Below, one piece after another: positions 10,613 through 20,695 of a stretch of DNA of 32,000 nucleotides. This DNA is from Synechococcus elongatus PCC 6301 (GTDB lineage: Bacteria; Cyanobacteriota; Cyanobacteriia; Synechococcales; Synechococcaceae). Location: positions 360,001 to 392,000 of the forward strand of contig NC_006576.1 of the NCBI RefSeq assembly GCF_000010065.1, read 5' to 3'. Below the pieces are notes generated by a model. The model had not been told where the DNA came from. It did no database searches and saw nothing but the letters and a program-made list of their open reading frames with translations. Positions within the stretch are counted from its first letter, which is position 1. The number at the start of each line of letters is the position of its first letter. The position numbers and the translations under genes were made by a program.

Positions 10613-11450
10613 GCGCCGCGCCCAAAAAGCGCTGTCGGAGCTGCTTTTCACCAAAAAAGACTGCGCCGTAGACGACGCCAATCAGGGTGCTGAGCCGTTT
10701 GACGGAAATGATTTGTACGACCGTGGCTTGGTTGAGCGCCACCATTTGCGCGACGACGCCAACGCTGTTGAAAATCGCCATGGCACTGAGCGATCGCCAA
10801 GGGTATTTTCGGACAGGCCCTAAGCCGCGCCCCAAGATCAGCAGCACGATGCCGGTGCTGCCAAACAGACAGAGCAGCCAGAAATAGGGATCAGAGGACT
10901 GGACGCCGATTTTGTCGAGGTTGCTGGTGATACTCCAGAGGAAAGCCACGACCACCATGATTCGTTGAGCTGGCTGCTGCCAGAGATCGATCAGCGGTTG
11001 TAATCGAGAGCTACTGTCGCGATCGCGGCGATTCAGTTGATAGGCACCAATCACGAGCAAGATCACGCCAGCGCTGCCCTGCCAAGCCAAATGTTCTGCC
11101 ACAATCAGCGGCGAAGTCAGCAGTAGAAACAGGGGTGTCAGGTTAACGATCGGGGCTACGAGCGATAACTCACCCATTTGCAGCGCCCGTGCGTAGAGCC
11201 AAAAGGCCACTAAATTGAGGCTGCTGCCCAGCAAGCAGCTCCACCAAAAGTTGGGCCCGATCGCCGGAATCCCCTGCCAGAGCACAATCGGCAAGAGGAG
11301 TAGCGTTGTGAGGAGCGAGAGCAACGCGGCTAGACGCGTGGCCGAGAGTTGCTGCAAGCTGCGCTTGGCAAACAGGTCTTTGGTCGCCTCACAGGTGGCT
11401 GTCAGGCTGGCAAGTAGTAACCAAGGTGCCAAGCGAATCTCCGTGGGCAT
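10581..11450 (-). CDS. EamA/DMT-family transporter
   Basis: About ten hydrophobic segments with two repeats; [23 protein letters not shown] at the C terminus and [18 protein letters not shown]-like DMT motifs. Confidence 0.75.
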   Translation of the reverse strand: MPTEIRLAPWLLLASLTATCEATKDLFAKRSLQQLSATRLAALLSLLTTLLLLPIVLWQGIPAIGPNFWWSCLLGSSLNLVAFWLYARALQMGELSLVAPIVNLTPLFLLLTSPLIVAEHLAWQGSAGVILLVIGAYQLNRRDRDSSSRLQPLIDLWQQPAQRIMVVVAFLWSITSNLDKIGVQSSDPYFWLLCLFGSTGIVLLILGRGLGPVRKYPWRSLSAMAIFNSVGVVAQMVALNQATVVQIISVKRLSTLIGVVYGAVFFGEKQLRQRFLGAALMMAGAIVLL

Positions 11451-11477
11451 GCTGAGGGAGCGTTTCTCTGCAATCCT

Positions 11478-12212
11478 ATGGCGACTTCTGGTTTGCGCGT
11501 GGCTGATCTGCCCGAAGATGAGCGACCGCGGGAACGGCTGATGCGATCGGGAGCTAGCAGCCTCTCGACGGCTGAACTGCTCGCGATCTTGTTAGGAACG
11601 GGACAAGGACCGGGTGGATTGTCCGCCGTTGGGCTGGGTCAACTGCTCCTCAGTCAGCTAGGAGAACACCAACGCGAACCGTTGCGCGTTCTGCGTCAAA
11701 TTACGGTTACTGAACTGATGCAAATTCCTGGAATTGGTCCAGCTAAGGCGACAGCGATCGCTGCTGCGATCGAGTTAGGTAAGCGCATCTATCAAACGAC
11801 GACGAGTGAGTTGCTACCGATCACGTCGCCGGAAGCGGCTGCCAAGGCTCTCAGCGCCGATCTGATGTGGGCGGAGCAGGAACGCTTTGCCCTGCTGCTG
11901 TTGGATGTTCGCCATAACCTCTTGGCCCAACGGGTGCTGACCATCGGGACCGCCACTGAAACCTTGGCCAATCCCCGCGAAATTTTCCGAGAAGCCCTAC
12001 GCCTCGGGGCAACTCGCTTGATCGTGGCCCATAACCATCCGTCTGGGCAGGTCGATCCCAGCAGTGCCGACCTGAGTTTGACGGAACAACTACTGCAACT
12101 CGGGCAAGCGCTGGAGCTACCCGTGCTCGATCACCTCATTTTGGGCCAAGGACACCATCGCAGCTTGCGCGACACCACAGGGCTTTGGCAGAAATTTCCA
12201 CAGGGCGATTGA
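11478..12212 (+). CDS. radC: RadC/UPF0758 family JAB-domain protein
   Basis: [32 protein letters not shown]; metalloprotease-like [25 protein letters not shown]; [15 protein letters not shown]. Confidence 0.92.
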   Translation: MATSGLRVADLPEDERPRERLMRSGASSLSTAELLAILLGTGQGPGGLSAVGLGQLLLSQLGEHQREPLRVLRQITVTELMQIPGIGPAKATAIAAAIELGKRIYQTTTSELLPITSPEAAAKALSADLMWAEQERFALLLLDVRHNLLAQRVLTIGTATETLANPREIFREALRLGATRLIVAHNHPSGQVDPSSADLSLTEQLLQLGQALELPVLDHLILGQGHHRSLRDTTGLWQKFPQGD

Positions 12213-12253
12213 ACTTGCGCGATCGCTGAAATCGCCGTAATATTAGAGCTTAC

Positions 12254-12325
<72 letters not shown>

Positions 12326-12435
12326 TCAATCTAAACACTTTTGTGACTCTTTTGTGCCCACTAAGGACTGCGAATAATCCTGGCTTGGGCGCTTGAACGT
12401 AGCGATGTTTTTCGGGTCGAAAGCCTGGCACTGGG

Positions 12436-13785
12436 CTAGATCAAATCCGCAATCGCTGCTTCGGGACCAACTAAGGAAAGGCAGCCTTGCTGGAGCCAAG
12501 TTTGAGCAACGCGCTGTAAGTCAGTCGCTTGTACGGCCGCGATCGCTTCCGGAAACTGCTGGTCAAAATCGATGCCCAGACCCAGCGTTTCGTACCAGCC
12601 ATAGAGTTGAGCAATTTGAGCGTTGCTCTGTTTACTAAGCGCGTACTGCCCCAACACCTTGCGTTGGGTGACGGCCACTTCCTCAGAACTGAGCAGGGCT
12701 ACACTGAGGCGATCCAACTCCGATCGCAGCGCCGCTAGGGCTTGGGGCCCATTTTCGATCGCTGTTCCTAGGTAGGCGACGAATGGTGCGGGGCCAAGTC
12801 GCGTCGGGAAGACCGCCGAAACTTCGTAGGCAAGGCTTTGCTTTTCGCGCAGCTCTACAAACAGGCGACTGGACATGCCATTACCCAGGTAAGCCGCCAG
12901 CAACTTGAGTGCCGTGTAGTCGGGCGATCGTACATCAACGGTGGCGAAGCCCAGCATCAAAATCAGCTGTTGCATCTGACGGACTTGGCTGACGCGATCG
13001 CTGGGTTGATTGCGATCGGGCAGTAGGGCGATCGGTGCGGGAGTCGGCGGATTTTGCCAATCCCCAAAAACCTCTTCGACCCAAGATTCGGCTTCTTCGG
13101 GGGTGATCTGCCCTGCCACACTGATCACCAGTTGATCCGGGCGGAAGTATTGCTGATGTGCCGCTGCCAAGCGATCGCGGCTGAGGGACCCGAGGGTCGT
13201 TTCGGTGCCCAAGGTGTCGAGGGCATAGGGATGCTGACCGTAGAGACTCTGCCGCAGTTGGTCGTAGGCCAGATTGAACGGCTGCTCCCGTTGACTGCGC
13301 AAGGCTTCGAGGGCTAAGCGTTGCTCTAGATCAAATTCGGCATCTGGCAGACTGGGATAGCGCAACAGTTCCGCTGCCAAGGTCAGCAAGGCTGGGAAAT
13401 CAGCGGCAACGCTCTTGAGGCTGACCAAGAAATAATCGTTGGCGACATCCGTGCCGAGGCTCGCGCCACTGGACTCAACAAATTCAGCGATTTCATGGGC
13501 ACTGCGATCGCGGCTGCCCTTGGTCAACAAAGCCGAGAGGAGCGCCAGTAAGCCTGCTTGTTCAGGGGGCTCGCTACTGCTGCCCTGCCGCAAGAATAGT
13601 CTCCCCGCCACAATATTGGCGCTGGGATTTTCGTAGACCAACAGAACAATACCGTTGGCTAATTGGCTGCGATAGCACGGGGAGGTCAGGAGGGCAGGCA
13701 AGGGGAAATTGTCCTGAGCGGGTCGCCGCTGTGACGGCTTGAGCAATGGATTTACAAAAGAGCAAAGGCTCACACGGAGGCGCAA
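12436..13785 (-). CDS. M16 peptidase-family protein, apparently lacking the HxxEH zinc motif
   Basis: LANGIVLLVYENPSANIVAGRLFLRQGSSSEP..., YAYEV-like SLAYEVSAVFPTRLGPAPFVAYLGT and FGDWQNPP typical of M16. The region expected to hold HFLEH reads AGLLALLSALLTKGS. Confidence 0.82.
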   Translation of the reverse strand: MRLRVSLCSFVNPLLKPSQRRPAQDNFPLPALLTSPCYRSQLANGIVLLVYENPSANIVAGRLFLRQGSSSEPPEQAGLLALLSALLTKGSRDRSAHEIAEFVESSGASLGTDVANDYFLVSLKSVAADFPALLTLAAELLRYPSLPDAEFDLEQRLALEALRSQREQPFNLAYDQLRQSLYGQHPYALDTLGTETTLGSLSRDRLAAAHQQYFRPDQLVISVAGQITPEEAESWVEEVFGDWQNPPTPAPIALLPDRNQPSDRVSQVRQMQQLILMLGFATVDVRSPDYTALKLLAAYLGNGMSSRLFVELREKQSLAYEVSAVFPTRLGPAPFVAYLGTAIENGPQALAALRSELDRLSVALLSSEEVAVTQRKVLGQYALSKQSNAQIAQLYGWYETLGLGIDFDQQFPEAIAAVQATDLQRVAQTWLQQGCLSLVGPEAAIADLI

Positions 13786-13877
13786 GGCCCTTTTGTTACG
13801 ATAGCCTGCGCGCTTGCAAGCCTTGCGCGATCGAGATTTTAGAGTGAGTAGTCAATAGGCGTTTTTCAGCGTTGGCG

Positions 13878-14624
13878 ATGTCCTCCAGCACGCGAGTCGG
13901 CCTCAAAGAACAGCTGCATCCCTTGATTCGGGATTTGGCCACAGGCATCGAAGCGACTTGGCAGCGGTGGCTGAACCTCGAGCCCTACGCGGCGATGCCA
14001 GCAGATTTGGGTTACATCGAAGGCAAGCTAGAAGGCGAGCGGCTCCAGATTGAAAATCGCTGCTACCAAAGCCGGGAGTTTCGCAAACTGCACCTCGAGC
14101 TAGCACGGGTTGGCAACAACCTCGATATCCTCCACTGTGTCCTGTTTCCCCGAACAACTTTTGATCTGCCGATGTTTGGCGCAGACTTGGTCGGCGGCCG
14201 GGGTCAGATCAGTGCGGCGATTGTCGATCTCTCACCGACTACGATTGCCCGAGAACTTTCCAACGATTACATCGCAGGTTTGACGGCGTTGCCCAATCCA
14301 ACCTTTCAAGGCCTGCGGGAGTTACCCACGTGGGGTGATATTTTCTCGTCCTTCTGTCTGTTTATTCGCCCCGGGTCACCCGAGGAAGAAGCGGCCTTCC
14401 TCGATCGCGCCTTGGGCTTTTTGCAAGTCCATTGTCAACAGGCAGCGGCAGCTACAGCGCTGACCGACCCAGAGGCGATCGCCACCGTGCTCGAGCAGCA
14501 GCGCTACTACTGCGAGCAGCAGCGACGCAATGACAAAACCCGTCGCGTCTTGGAAAAAGCCTTTGGTGATGACTGGGCCGATCGCTATATGACGACCATG
14601 CTCTTTGATTTGCCCAGTGATTGA
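13878..14624 (+). CDS. pcyA: Phycocyanobilin:ferredoxin oxidoreductase
   Basis: NRCYQSREFRKLHLELARVGNNLDILHCVLFPRTTFDLPMFGADLVGGRGQISAAIVDLSP matches the ferredoxin-dependent bilin reductase (PcyA) pattern. Confidence 0.93.
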   Translation: MSSSTRVGLKEQLHPLIRDLATGIEATWQRWLNLEPYAAMPADLGYIEGKLEGERLQIENRCYQSREFRKLHLELARVGNNLDILHCVLFPRTTFDLPMFGADLVGGRGQISAAIVDLSPTTIARELSNDYIAGLTALPNPTFQGLRELPTWGDIFSSFCLFIRPGSPEEEAAFLDRALGFLQVHCQQAAAATALTDPEAIATVLEQQRYYCEQQRRNDKTRRVLEKAFGDDWADRYMTTMLFDLPSD

Positions 14625-14712
14625 GGCAATCGCCTGAGCAAACCGAATTCACGACCGTTACGAAGCGTAATAATCCTTGGCAGAATAAAGAGACTCCTTT
14701 TTGACTGCTGCC

Positions 14713-15813
14713 ATGGTTGAGACGCGCAGTCCGGCGACTTTCAAGCCGGCTCTTTCAGGCAATCGCCAGCGCTGGCTGATCTACGGTGGCCTTGCAATCG
14801 TCGTCATTGGGGGTGTGGCATTTTTGCGGAGTCGCAGTGCTGCTCCTCCAGAGCCGGCTCCTGTGGCTCAAACCCAAGTCGATCGCTATGTGGGCGCTTT
14901 GGGTCGCTTGGAACCGGAAGGCCGTGTGGTCAAGCTGACGGCTCCCCAGTCGGGCTTTAGTCAGGCACGGATTGCGGATCTGCGAGTTGAAGAAGGCGAT
15001 CGCGTTAGCGAAGGGCAAATTCTGGCGGTACTGGACAATCAGCCAGAATTGGCTGCTGCTGCCGCTGCCGCCAATAGTGCAGTTGCGGTAGCCACAGCAG
15101 ACTTGAACCGAATTTTGGCGGGTGCCAAATCGACCGATCGCCAAACCCAGCAGCAGCAGATCAACCGTATTCAAGCGGAACTAGCGATCGCTCAGCGGGA
15201 ATACGATCGCAACCAAGCCCTGTTCCAGAGTGGCGCGATCGCGGCCACAGCCCTCGATAGCAAGCGTTTGGATGTTGAGCGACTTCAAGGTGAGCTAGCA
15301 GTAGCTCGCAGCACCCTCGCCAGTTTGTCGGAAGCCCAACCGGAAGAAGTCCAACTCGCTCAAGCCCGCCTCGCTCAAGCTCGGGCTCAGGCCCAAGAAG
15401 CAGCAGCGCAACTGGCAAATACGGTCATTCGCGCCCCCTTTGCGGGTCAAGTGCTGCGAGTCAATAGCCGACCGGGTGAAAGCGGCAGTGATGACGGGGT
15501 GATTGAATTAGCCCGCACCGATCGCATGCAGGTGGTGGCGGAAGTCTATGAAACGGACGTGGGGCGGATCCGCGTTGGTCAACCCGTGACGATTACCAGT
15601 GAGCACGGTGGCTTTAGCGGCAGTCTTACCGGTCGAGTGGCTTTGATCGGCGGCAAGATCGACAAGAAAGGCGTTTTCAGCACTGATCCTGCCTCCGATA
15701 TCGATTCGCGTGTGGTCGAAGTGCGGATCGATCTGGACCCCAGCGATCGCCAAAAAGTCTCGCAGCTAACCAATCTCCAAGTCCTGGTGCGGATTGATGC
15801 AGGTCGCTCTTAA
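14713..15813 (+). CDS. devB: DevB-type HlyD membrane fusion protein (ABC exporter periplasmic adaptor)
   Basis: N-terminal TM anchor; GALGRLEPEGRVVKLTAP; long coiled coil; NTVIRAPFAGQVLRVNSRPGESGSDDGVIELARTDRMQVVAEVYETDVGRIRVGQPV. Confidence 0.85.
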   Translation: MVETRSPATFKPALSGNRQRWLIYGGLAIVVIGGVAFLRSRSAAPPEPAPVAQTQVDRYVGALGRLEPEGRVVKLTAPQSGFSQARIADLRVEEGDRVSEGQILAVLDNQPELAAAAAAANSAVAVATADLNRILAGAKSTDRQTQQQQINRIQAELAIAQREYDRNQALFQSGAIAATALDSKRLDVERLQGELAVARSTLASLSEAQPEEVQLAQARLAQARAQAQEAAAQLANTVIRAPFAGQVLRVNSRPGESGSDDGVIELARTDRMQVVAEVYETDVGRIRVGQPVTITSEHGGFSGSLTGRVALIGGKIDKKGVFSTDPASDIDSRVVEVRIDLDPSDRQKVSQLTNLQVLVRIDAGRS

Positions 15814-16975
15814 ATGGCCATGGCCACGCCGGATTCCCCTCGCATGGCGACAGTTAGCCCGCCAGCGGGTGCGACTGCTCGTGGCCTTAGCCGGCATCAG
15901 CTTTGCCGGTCTGCTGATGTTTATGCAAATGGGCTTTCGCGACGGTCTGTTTGACAGCATCGTCACCCTACATGAGGCGATCGCGGCGGATGTGGTGCTG
16001 ATCAGTCCGCAATCGACCGCACTGACGTCGATGCGGCCTTTTCCGCAACGCCGCCTCTACCAAGCCCTCAGCCTGTCGGATGTGCAATCGGTTAGCCCGC
16101 TTTACGTCGGCTTGGTCAACTGGAAAAACCCAGAGAACCGCCAACCGCGATCAATCCTGACACTGGGCATTAGTCCGGATGAGGCCGCATTTGACCTCAA
16201 GGGCTTACCGGAAAATCTCAATGCAATCCGCATCCCAGATGTCGTGTTGTTTGACCAGACCTCGCGATCGGAATTTGGCCCAGTAGCCCAGCGTTTTCGG
16301 TCGGGGCAATCGGTGGTTACCGAGGTCGGCGAGCGGCGGATTCGCGTCGGTGGACTGTTTACGATGGGCGCCTCATTTGGAGCCGACGGCAATATTATCA
16401 CTAGCGATCTCAACTTCCTGCGTATCTTTCCTCAGCGACGACGCGATGAGATTGATGTGGGGTTGATCCGCGCTGAACCCGGCACCAATATTGCCCAGCT
16501 CGTCCAAGAACTACAGCGATCGCTGCCACCCGATGTGCGAGTCATGAGCAAGCGGCAATTTGTCGAATTTGAGCGCAACTATTGGGCGACCAGTACAGCG
16601 ATCGGCTTCATCTTCACCTTCGGGACGGTGATTGGCTTCATTGTTGGCGGCGTGATCGTCTATCAGATTCTCTACAGCGATGTTTCGGACCATTTGGCGG
16701 AGTACGCTACCCTCAAGGCGATGGGCTACAGCGATCGCTACTTACTGTGGGTCGTGTTTCAAGAAGCCCTGATTCTGGCTGCGCTGGGCTATATTCCCGG
16801 CGTGATTCTCTCGACAGGTCTCTACGCCATCACCCGCAGCGCCACGATGATCCCGATTGGGATGACCTTCGATCGCGCCTCGATTGTCTTTATCCTCACC
16901 CTTGTCATGTGTTTGGGGTCAGGCATGATCGCGGTGCGTCGCCTAGAGGCAGCTGATCCAGCCGACATTTTCTAA
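15794..16975 (+). CDS. devC: DevC-type ABC transporter permease
   Basis: RIPLAWRQLARQRVRLLVALAGISFAGLLMFMQMGFRDGLFDSIVTLH...EYATLKAMGYSDRYLLWVVFQEA. Overlaps devB; true start may be slightly downstream. Confidence 0.88.
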   Translation: MMQVALKWPWPRRIPLAWRQLARQRVRLLVALAGISFAGLLMFMQMGFRDGLFDSIVTLHEAIAADVVLISPQSTALTSMRPFPQRRLYQALSLSDVQSVSPLYVGLVNWKNPENRQPRSILTLGISPDEAAFDLKGLPENLNAIRIPDVVLFDQTSRSEFGPVAQRFRSGQSVVTEVGERRIRVGGLFTMGASFGADGNIITSDLNFLRIFPQRRRDEIDVGLIRAEPGTNIAQLVQELQRSLPPDVRVMSKRQFVEFERNYWATSTAIGFIFTFGTVIGFIVGGVIVYQILYSDVSDHLAEYATLKAMGYSDRYLLWVVFQEALILAALGYIPGVILSTGLYAITRSATMIPIGMTFDRASIVFILTLVMCLGSGMIAVRRLEAADPADIF

Positions 16976-16995
16976 CTGGGAACGAGCAATCGCTC

Positions 16996-17880
16996 TCAAA
17001 GAGCCGCGAGTACGACTTTGGGCTTGCACAGTCCTGCCGCGATCGCGCCGATTCCTAAGAACTGGCCGTTGAGATCATAGACACGGACTGGAGCTGCATC
17101 GGGAAGAACACTGTCAGGCACGGGCATCGCTTGTCCTTGTCGCCAGCGATCGCTGGTTTCGGCACTCAGTTGAACTTTGGCTAAATGCTGCAATGGCAAA
17201 TCCAAAGCCAAGAGCGGCACCGCTGCTCCATCGAGCAGTTCAGTCAGCGGCGTGCTCTGGTTCAGATCAAAGCCACTACTCGCAGTACGACGCAACTCTG
17301 CTAGGGTGCCACCGACCCCCAGCACGGCTCCGAGGTCTCGCGCTAGAGAACGGATGTAAGTGCCAGCACCACAGTGGATTTCGACAGATAATTCGGCTTG
17401 ACTGCCCGATCGCCACTGGAGAATTCGAATTGACTGAATTTCTACGGTGCGCCAAGGGAGCTCCGTGGGGGCTTCCCCGCGCCGAGCAAGCTGATAGAGT
17501 CGCTGCCCTTGCACTTGTACGGCACTAACCTGGGGCGGTTGCTGCTGAATGTGGCCGAGGAATTGGGGTAGCGCCGCCTCGATTGCCTCTCGCGACAAGT
17601 GGCTGGTATCGGCTTCTGCCAGGCGATCGCCCGTCAGATCGTCCGTACTGGTCTGCAACCCGAAGCGAATGGTGCCGACGTAGGTTTTGCCACTGGGAAG
17701 ATAGGGTAGGAGCCGCGTGGCTCGTCCCACCGCGATCGGCAGAACACCTGTGACTGCCGGATCAAGCGTGCCACCATGGCCGATACGCCGCTCCCGTAAC
17801 AGACGCCGTAACTTGGCGACACAGTCATGGGAAGTCCAGCCCGCTGGCTTATCGAGGTTGACAAACCCTTCCGATGACAT
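16996..17880 (-). CDS. truB: tRNA pseudouridine(55) synthase
   Basis: GFVNLDKPAGWTSHDCVAKLRR, RIGHGGTLDPAVTGVLPIAVGRATRLL, GTYIRSLARDLGAVLG. Confidence 0.96.
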   Translation of the reverse strand: MSSEGFVNLDKPAGWTSHDCVAKLRRLLRERRIGHGGTLDPAVTGVLPIAVGRATRLLPYLPSGKTYVGTIRFGLQTSTDDLTGDRLAEADTSHLSREAIEAALPQFLGHIQQQPPQVSAVQVQGQRLYQLARRGEAPTELPWRTVEIQSIRILQWRSGSQAELSVEIHCGAGTYIRSLARDLGAVLGVGGTLAELRRTASSGFDLNQSTPLTELLDGAAVPLLALDLPLQHLAKVQLSAETSDRWRQGQAMPVPDSVLPDAAPVRVYDLNGQFLGIGAIAAGLCKPKVVLAAL

Positions 17881-17972
17881 AGCAAGACCTCTGTCTTAAG
17901 ACGGTAGACTGCATCACAGCCACAAGCGATCGTCGATAGTAGAATTGGCTCTTCTGAGTTACGGTTGCGCAG

Positions 17973-18350
17973 ATGGCCAATATCCTCGTTGTTGATGACA
18001 GCAGTCTCTACCTAGAACTTGCCCGTCAAGCCTTAGTTGATCATGGCCACCAGGTTGAACTTGCCAACAACGGTCAAGAAGCCTTGCAATCCGTCGCCAA
18101 CAAGAAGCCTGTCTTGATTCTGCTCGATATCGTTATGCCAGAAATGAATGGCTACGACGTACTGCGATCGCTCAAGAAATCAGCTGAAAACGCTACGATT
18201 CCTGTCATTCTTTGCTCGACCAAAGGCGAGGATTTTGACAAGTATTGGGGGCTCAAACAGGGAGCCAATGCCTACTTGACTAAGCCCTATGAACCAACCG
18301 AACTATTGCTATTGGTGCAGGAACAACTGACTGCAGCCCGCAATTCTTGA
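17973..18350 (+). CDS. Stand-alone CheY-like response regulator receiver (PilG/PilH type)
   Basis: MANILVVDDSSLYLELARQAL...VLILLDIVMPEMNGYDVLRSLKK...PVILCSTKG...GANAYLTKPYEPTELL; no output domain. Confidence 0.9.
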   Translation: MANILVVDDSSLYLELARQALVDHGHQVELANNGQEALQSVANKKPVLILLDIVMPEMNGYDVLRSLKKSAENATIPVILCSTKGEDFDKYWGLKQGANAYLTKPYEPTELLLLVQEQLTAARNS

Positions 18351-18420
18351 AATTTGGCGGGGCGATCGTGACCTCTGACCTGACAAAATCAATTGATCAG
18401 ACGCGATCGCAGACAAAGTG

Positions 18421-18453
18421 AAGGGGATCAGGACAATAATGTCCGATCCCCTT
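18421..18453. terminator. Candidate bidirectional terminator between the response regulator gene (+) and rpmA (-)
   Basis: AAGGGGATC-A-GGAC-AATAAT-GTCC-GATCCCCTT: near-perfect hairpin (9 bp + 4 bp with one bulge) in the convergent gap, followed by TTGTTCT on + and CACTTTG on -. Confidence 0.6.
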
Positions 18454-18471
18454 TGTTCTAGTTCGCTGGAA

Positions 18472-18738
18472 TTAAGCAGCTTCGCCAGCAGGGTAAACGC
18501 TGACTTTCTTGCCGCCTTTGCCTTTGCGCTCAAAGGTGACGACGCCGTCGATCAGTGCAAACAGGGTGTCGTCACCGCCGCGACCAACATTGACACCCGG
18601 ATGGAACTTAGTACCCCGTTGACGAACGATGATGCTGCCCGAGCGCACCACTTCGCCACCGAATTTTTTGACGCCGAGGCGCTGAGCGTTAGAGTCACGC
18701 CCGTTACGAGTACTACCCGTACCTTTCTTATGAGCCAT
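18472..18738 (-). CDS. rpmA: 50S ribosomal protein L27
   Basis: [62 protein letters not shown]. Confidence 0.98.
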   Translation of the reverse strand: MAHKKGTGSTRNGRDSNAQRLGVKKFGGEVVRSGSIIVRQRGTKFHPGVNVGRGGDDTLFALIDGVVTFERKGKGGKKVSVYPAGEAA

Positions 18739-18772
18739 GGTCTTGGAATCCTCTGGTTAGAACGACGAAAAA

Positions 18773-19156
18773 CTAGCCAGCAGCGTCAATGTCCGCTTCT
18801 GATTTCGGTAAGTCAGCCGCGTTAGCCGTCAAGACTTTACCGCCTACAGTAATCGACTCCACCAAAACCCGGGTCAAATCTTGGCGATGGCCTTGTTTCT
18901 TACGGGTTTTTTTCTTGGGCGTCATCTTGTAGACAGTGACTTTGCGACCCCGAGGGTGACTCAGAACCGTCACTTGCACTGTGGCACCGGCCACGTAGGG
19001 CTGTCCAATCTGCGGTGCGCCTTCGTCTTGAACGAGCAGGACTTTGTCGAGGGTGAGCGACTGATCCAAGTCTGCGTCGAGGCGATCGAGATCGTAGAAC
19101 CGACCGGGTTCAACCCAGAGTTGCTTATCGCTTGCTTCGATGATTGCGTAAGCCAT
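18773..19156 (-). CDS. rplU: 50S ribosomal protein L21
   Basis: [26 protein letters not shown]...[57 protein letters not shown]. Confidence 0.97.
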   Translation of the reverse strand: MAYAIIEASDKQLWVEPGRFYDLDRLDADLDQSLTLDKVLLVQDEGAPQIGQPYVAGATVQVTVLSHPRGRKVTVYKMTPKKKTRKKQGHRQDLTRVLVESITVGGKVLTANAADLPKSEADIDAAG

Positions 19157-19393
19157 GCATTTTCAGCCGTAGAGGTGGCTACACCTGCCGAGGGCAGAGA
19201 GAGCACTTGAAGAAACCTGTTCCGAGCCGCCTTTTAAACAACAGCCCTCTATCATCTCAGAAACTTTTGAGAACTGTCAAACTGTGGACAAAGCGATCGC
19301 GGCCTCATGAGCTGCAGTGCTAGGCTAAATTAAATTTTTCCTTTGTCCAGAGATTAATCTGTCTGCAGACTCAGTCCTGACAGGAGCGACTGC

Positions 19394-20248
19394 GTGCTCT
19401 CGCAAATTGCAATCTGCATTTGGGTGGAATCGACGGCAATTTTGCAGGATTGCCAGCGGGCGCTGTCGGCCGATCGCTATCAACTCCAAGTCTGTGAGTC
19501 TGGCGAAATGCTCTTGGAGTATGCCCAAACCCATCGTGACCAAATCGACTGCCTGATTTTAGTGGCAGCCAATCCCAGCTTCAGGGCAGTTGTTCAGCAG
19601 CTCTGCTTTGAGGGAGTGGTGGTACCAGCGATTGTCGTAGGCGATCGCGACAGTGAGGATCCCGATGAACCAGCCAAAGAACAGCTCTATCACAGCGCTG
19701 AACTGCACCTCGGTATCCATCAGCTCGAGCAATTGCCCTACCAAGTTGATGCTGCACTGGCTGAATTTCTGCGCTTAGCCCCGGTCGAGGCCATGGCCGA
19801 CCACATCATGCTGATGGGGGCCAACCACGATCCCGAGCTATCGAGCCAGCAGCGGGACCTCGCTCAGCGACTACAAGAGCGCCTAGGCTATCTCGGGGTC
19901 TACTACAAGCGTGATCCCGATCGCTTTCTGCGCAACCTACCCGCCTACGAAAGCCAAAAGCTGCACCAAGCGATGCAGACTAGCTATCGTGAAATCGTTT
20001 TGAGCTATTTTTCGCCGAATAGCAACCTCAACCAGAGCATTGACAACTTCGTCAACATGGCTTTCTTTGCCGATGTTCCAGTCACCAAAGTGGTAGAAAT
20101 TCACATGGAGCTGATGGACGAGTTTGCCAAGAAGCTCCGCGTAGAGGGACGTTCAGAGGACATTTTGCTGGATTATCGGCTGACTTTAATTGATGTAATT
20201 GCACATCTTTGTGAGATGTATCGACGGTCTATCCCACGAGAAACCTGA
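19394..20248 (+). CDS. kaiA: Circadian clock protein KaiA
   Basis: 284 aa starting MLSQIAICIWVESTAILQDCQRALSADRYQLQVCESGEMLLEYAQ; matches S. elongatus KaiA; followed by kaiB and kaiC. Confidence 0.99.
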   Translation: MLSQIAICIWVESTAILQDCQRALSADRYQLQVCESGEMLLEYAQTHRDQIDCLILVAANPSFRAVVQQLCFEGVVVPAIVVGDRDSEDPDEPAKEQLYHSAELHLGIHQLEQLPYQVDAALAEFLRLAPVEAMADHIMLMGANHDPELSSQQRDLAQRLQERLGYLGVYYKRDPDRFLRNLPAYESQKLHQAMQTSYREIVLSYFSPNSNLNQSIDNFVNMAFFADVPVTKVVEIHMELMDEFAKKLRVEGRSEDILLDYRLTLIDVIAHLCEMYRRSIPRET

Positions 20249-20337
20249 AAAGGTAAAGGAGGTCTTAAGCTCGGCTCAATTTCTCTCTTTATCCTGTTAG
20301 ATGGTTTGATTGCTGTTGCTACCCCGTTGATCTGCGT

Positions 20338-20646
20338 ATGAGCCCTCGTAAAACCTACATTCTCAAGCTCTACGTCGCCGGCAATACTCCAAACTCAGTC
20401 CGTGCCCTCAAAACGCTCAAGAACATTCTCGAAGTTGAATTTCAAGGTGTTTATGCTCTAAAGGTGATCGATGTTCTCAAAAATCCTCAGTTGGCAGAAG
20501 AGGATAAAATCCTAGCGACGCCAACCCTCGCCAAGGTTCTACCACTGCCTGTCCGACGGATTATTGGTGATTTATCCGACCGTGAGAAAGTTTTGATTGG
20601 CCTTGATTTACTCTACGGCGAACTTCAAGATTCCGACGACTTCTAA
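20338..20646 (+). CDS. kaiB: Circadian clock protein KaiB
   Basis: 102 aa [69 protein letters not shown]. Confidence 0.99.
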   Translation: MSPRKTYILKLYVAGNTPNSVRALKTLKNILEVEFQGVYALKVIDVLKNPQLAEEDKILATPTLAKVLPLPVRRIIGDLSDREKVLIGLDLLYGELQDSDDF

Positions 20647-20695
20647 CTGTCGTTAACTGCTTTGTTGGTACTACCTGACTTCACCCTCTTTTAAG

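Noticed and set aside
12393-12638. 81-aa ORF downstream of tRNA-Val
   Set aside because: Mostly antisense to the M16-family gene and has no homology-like features.
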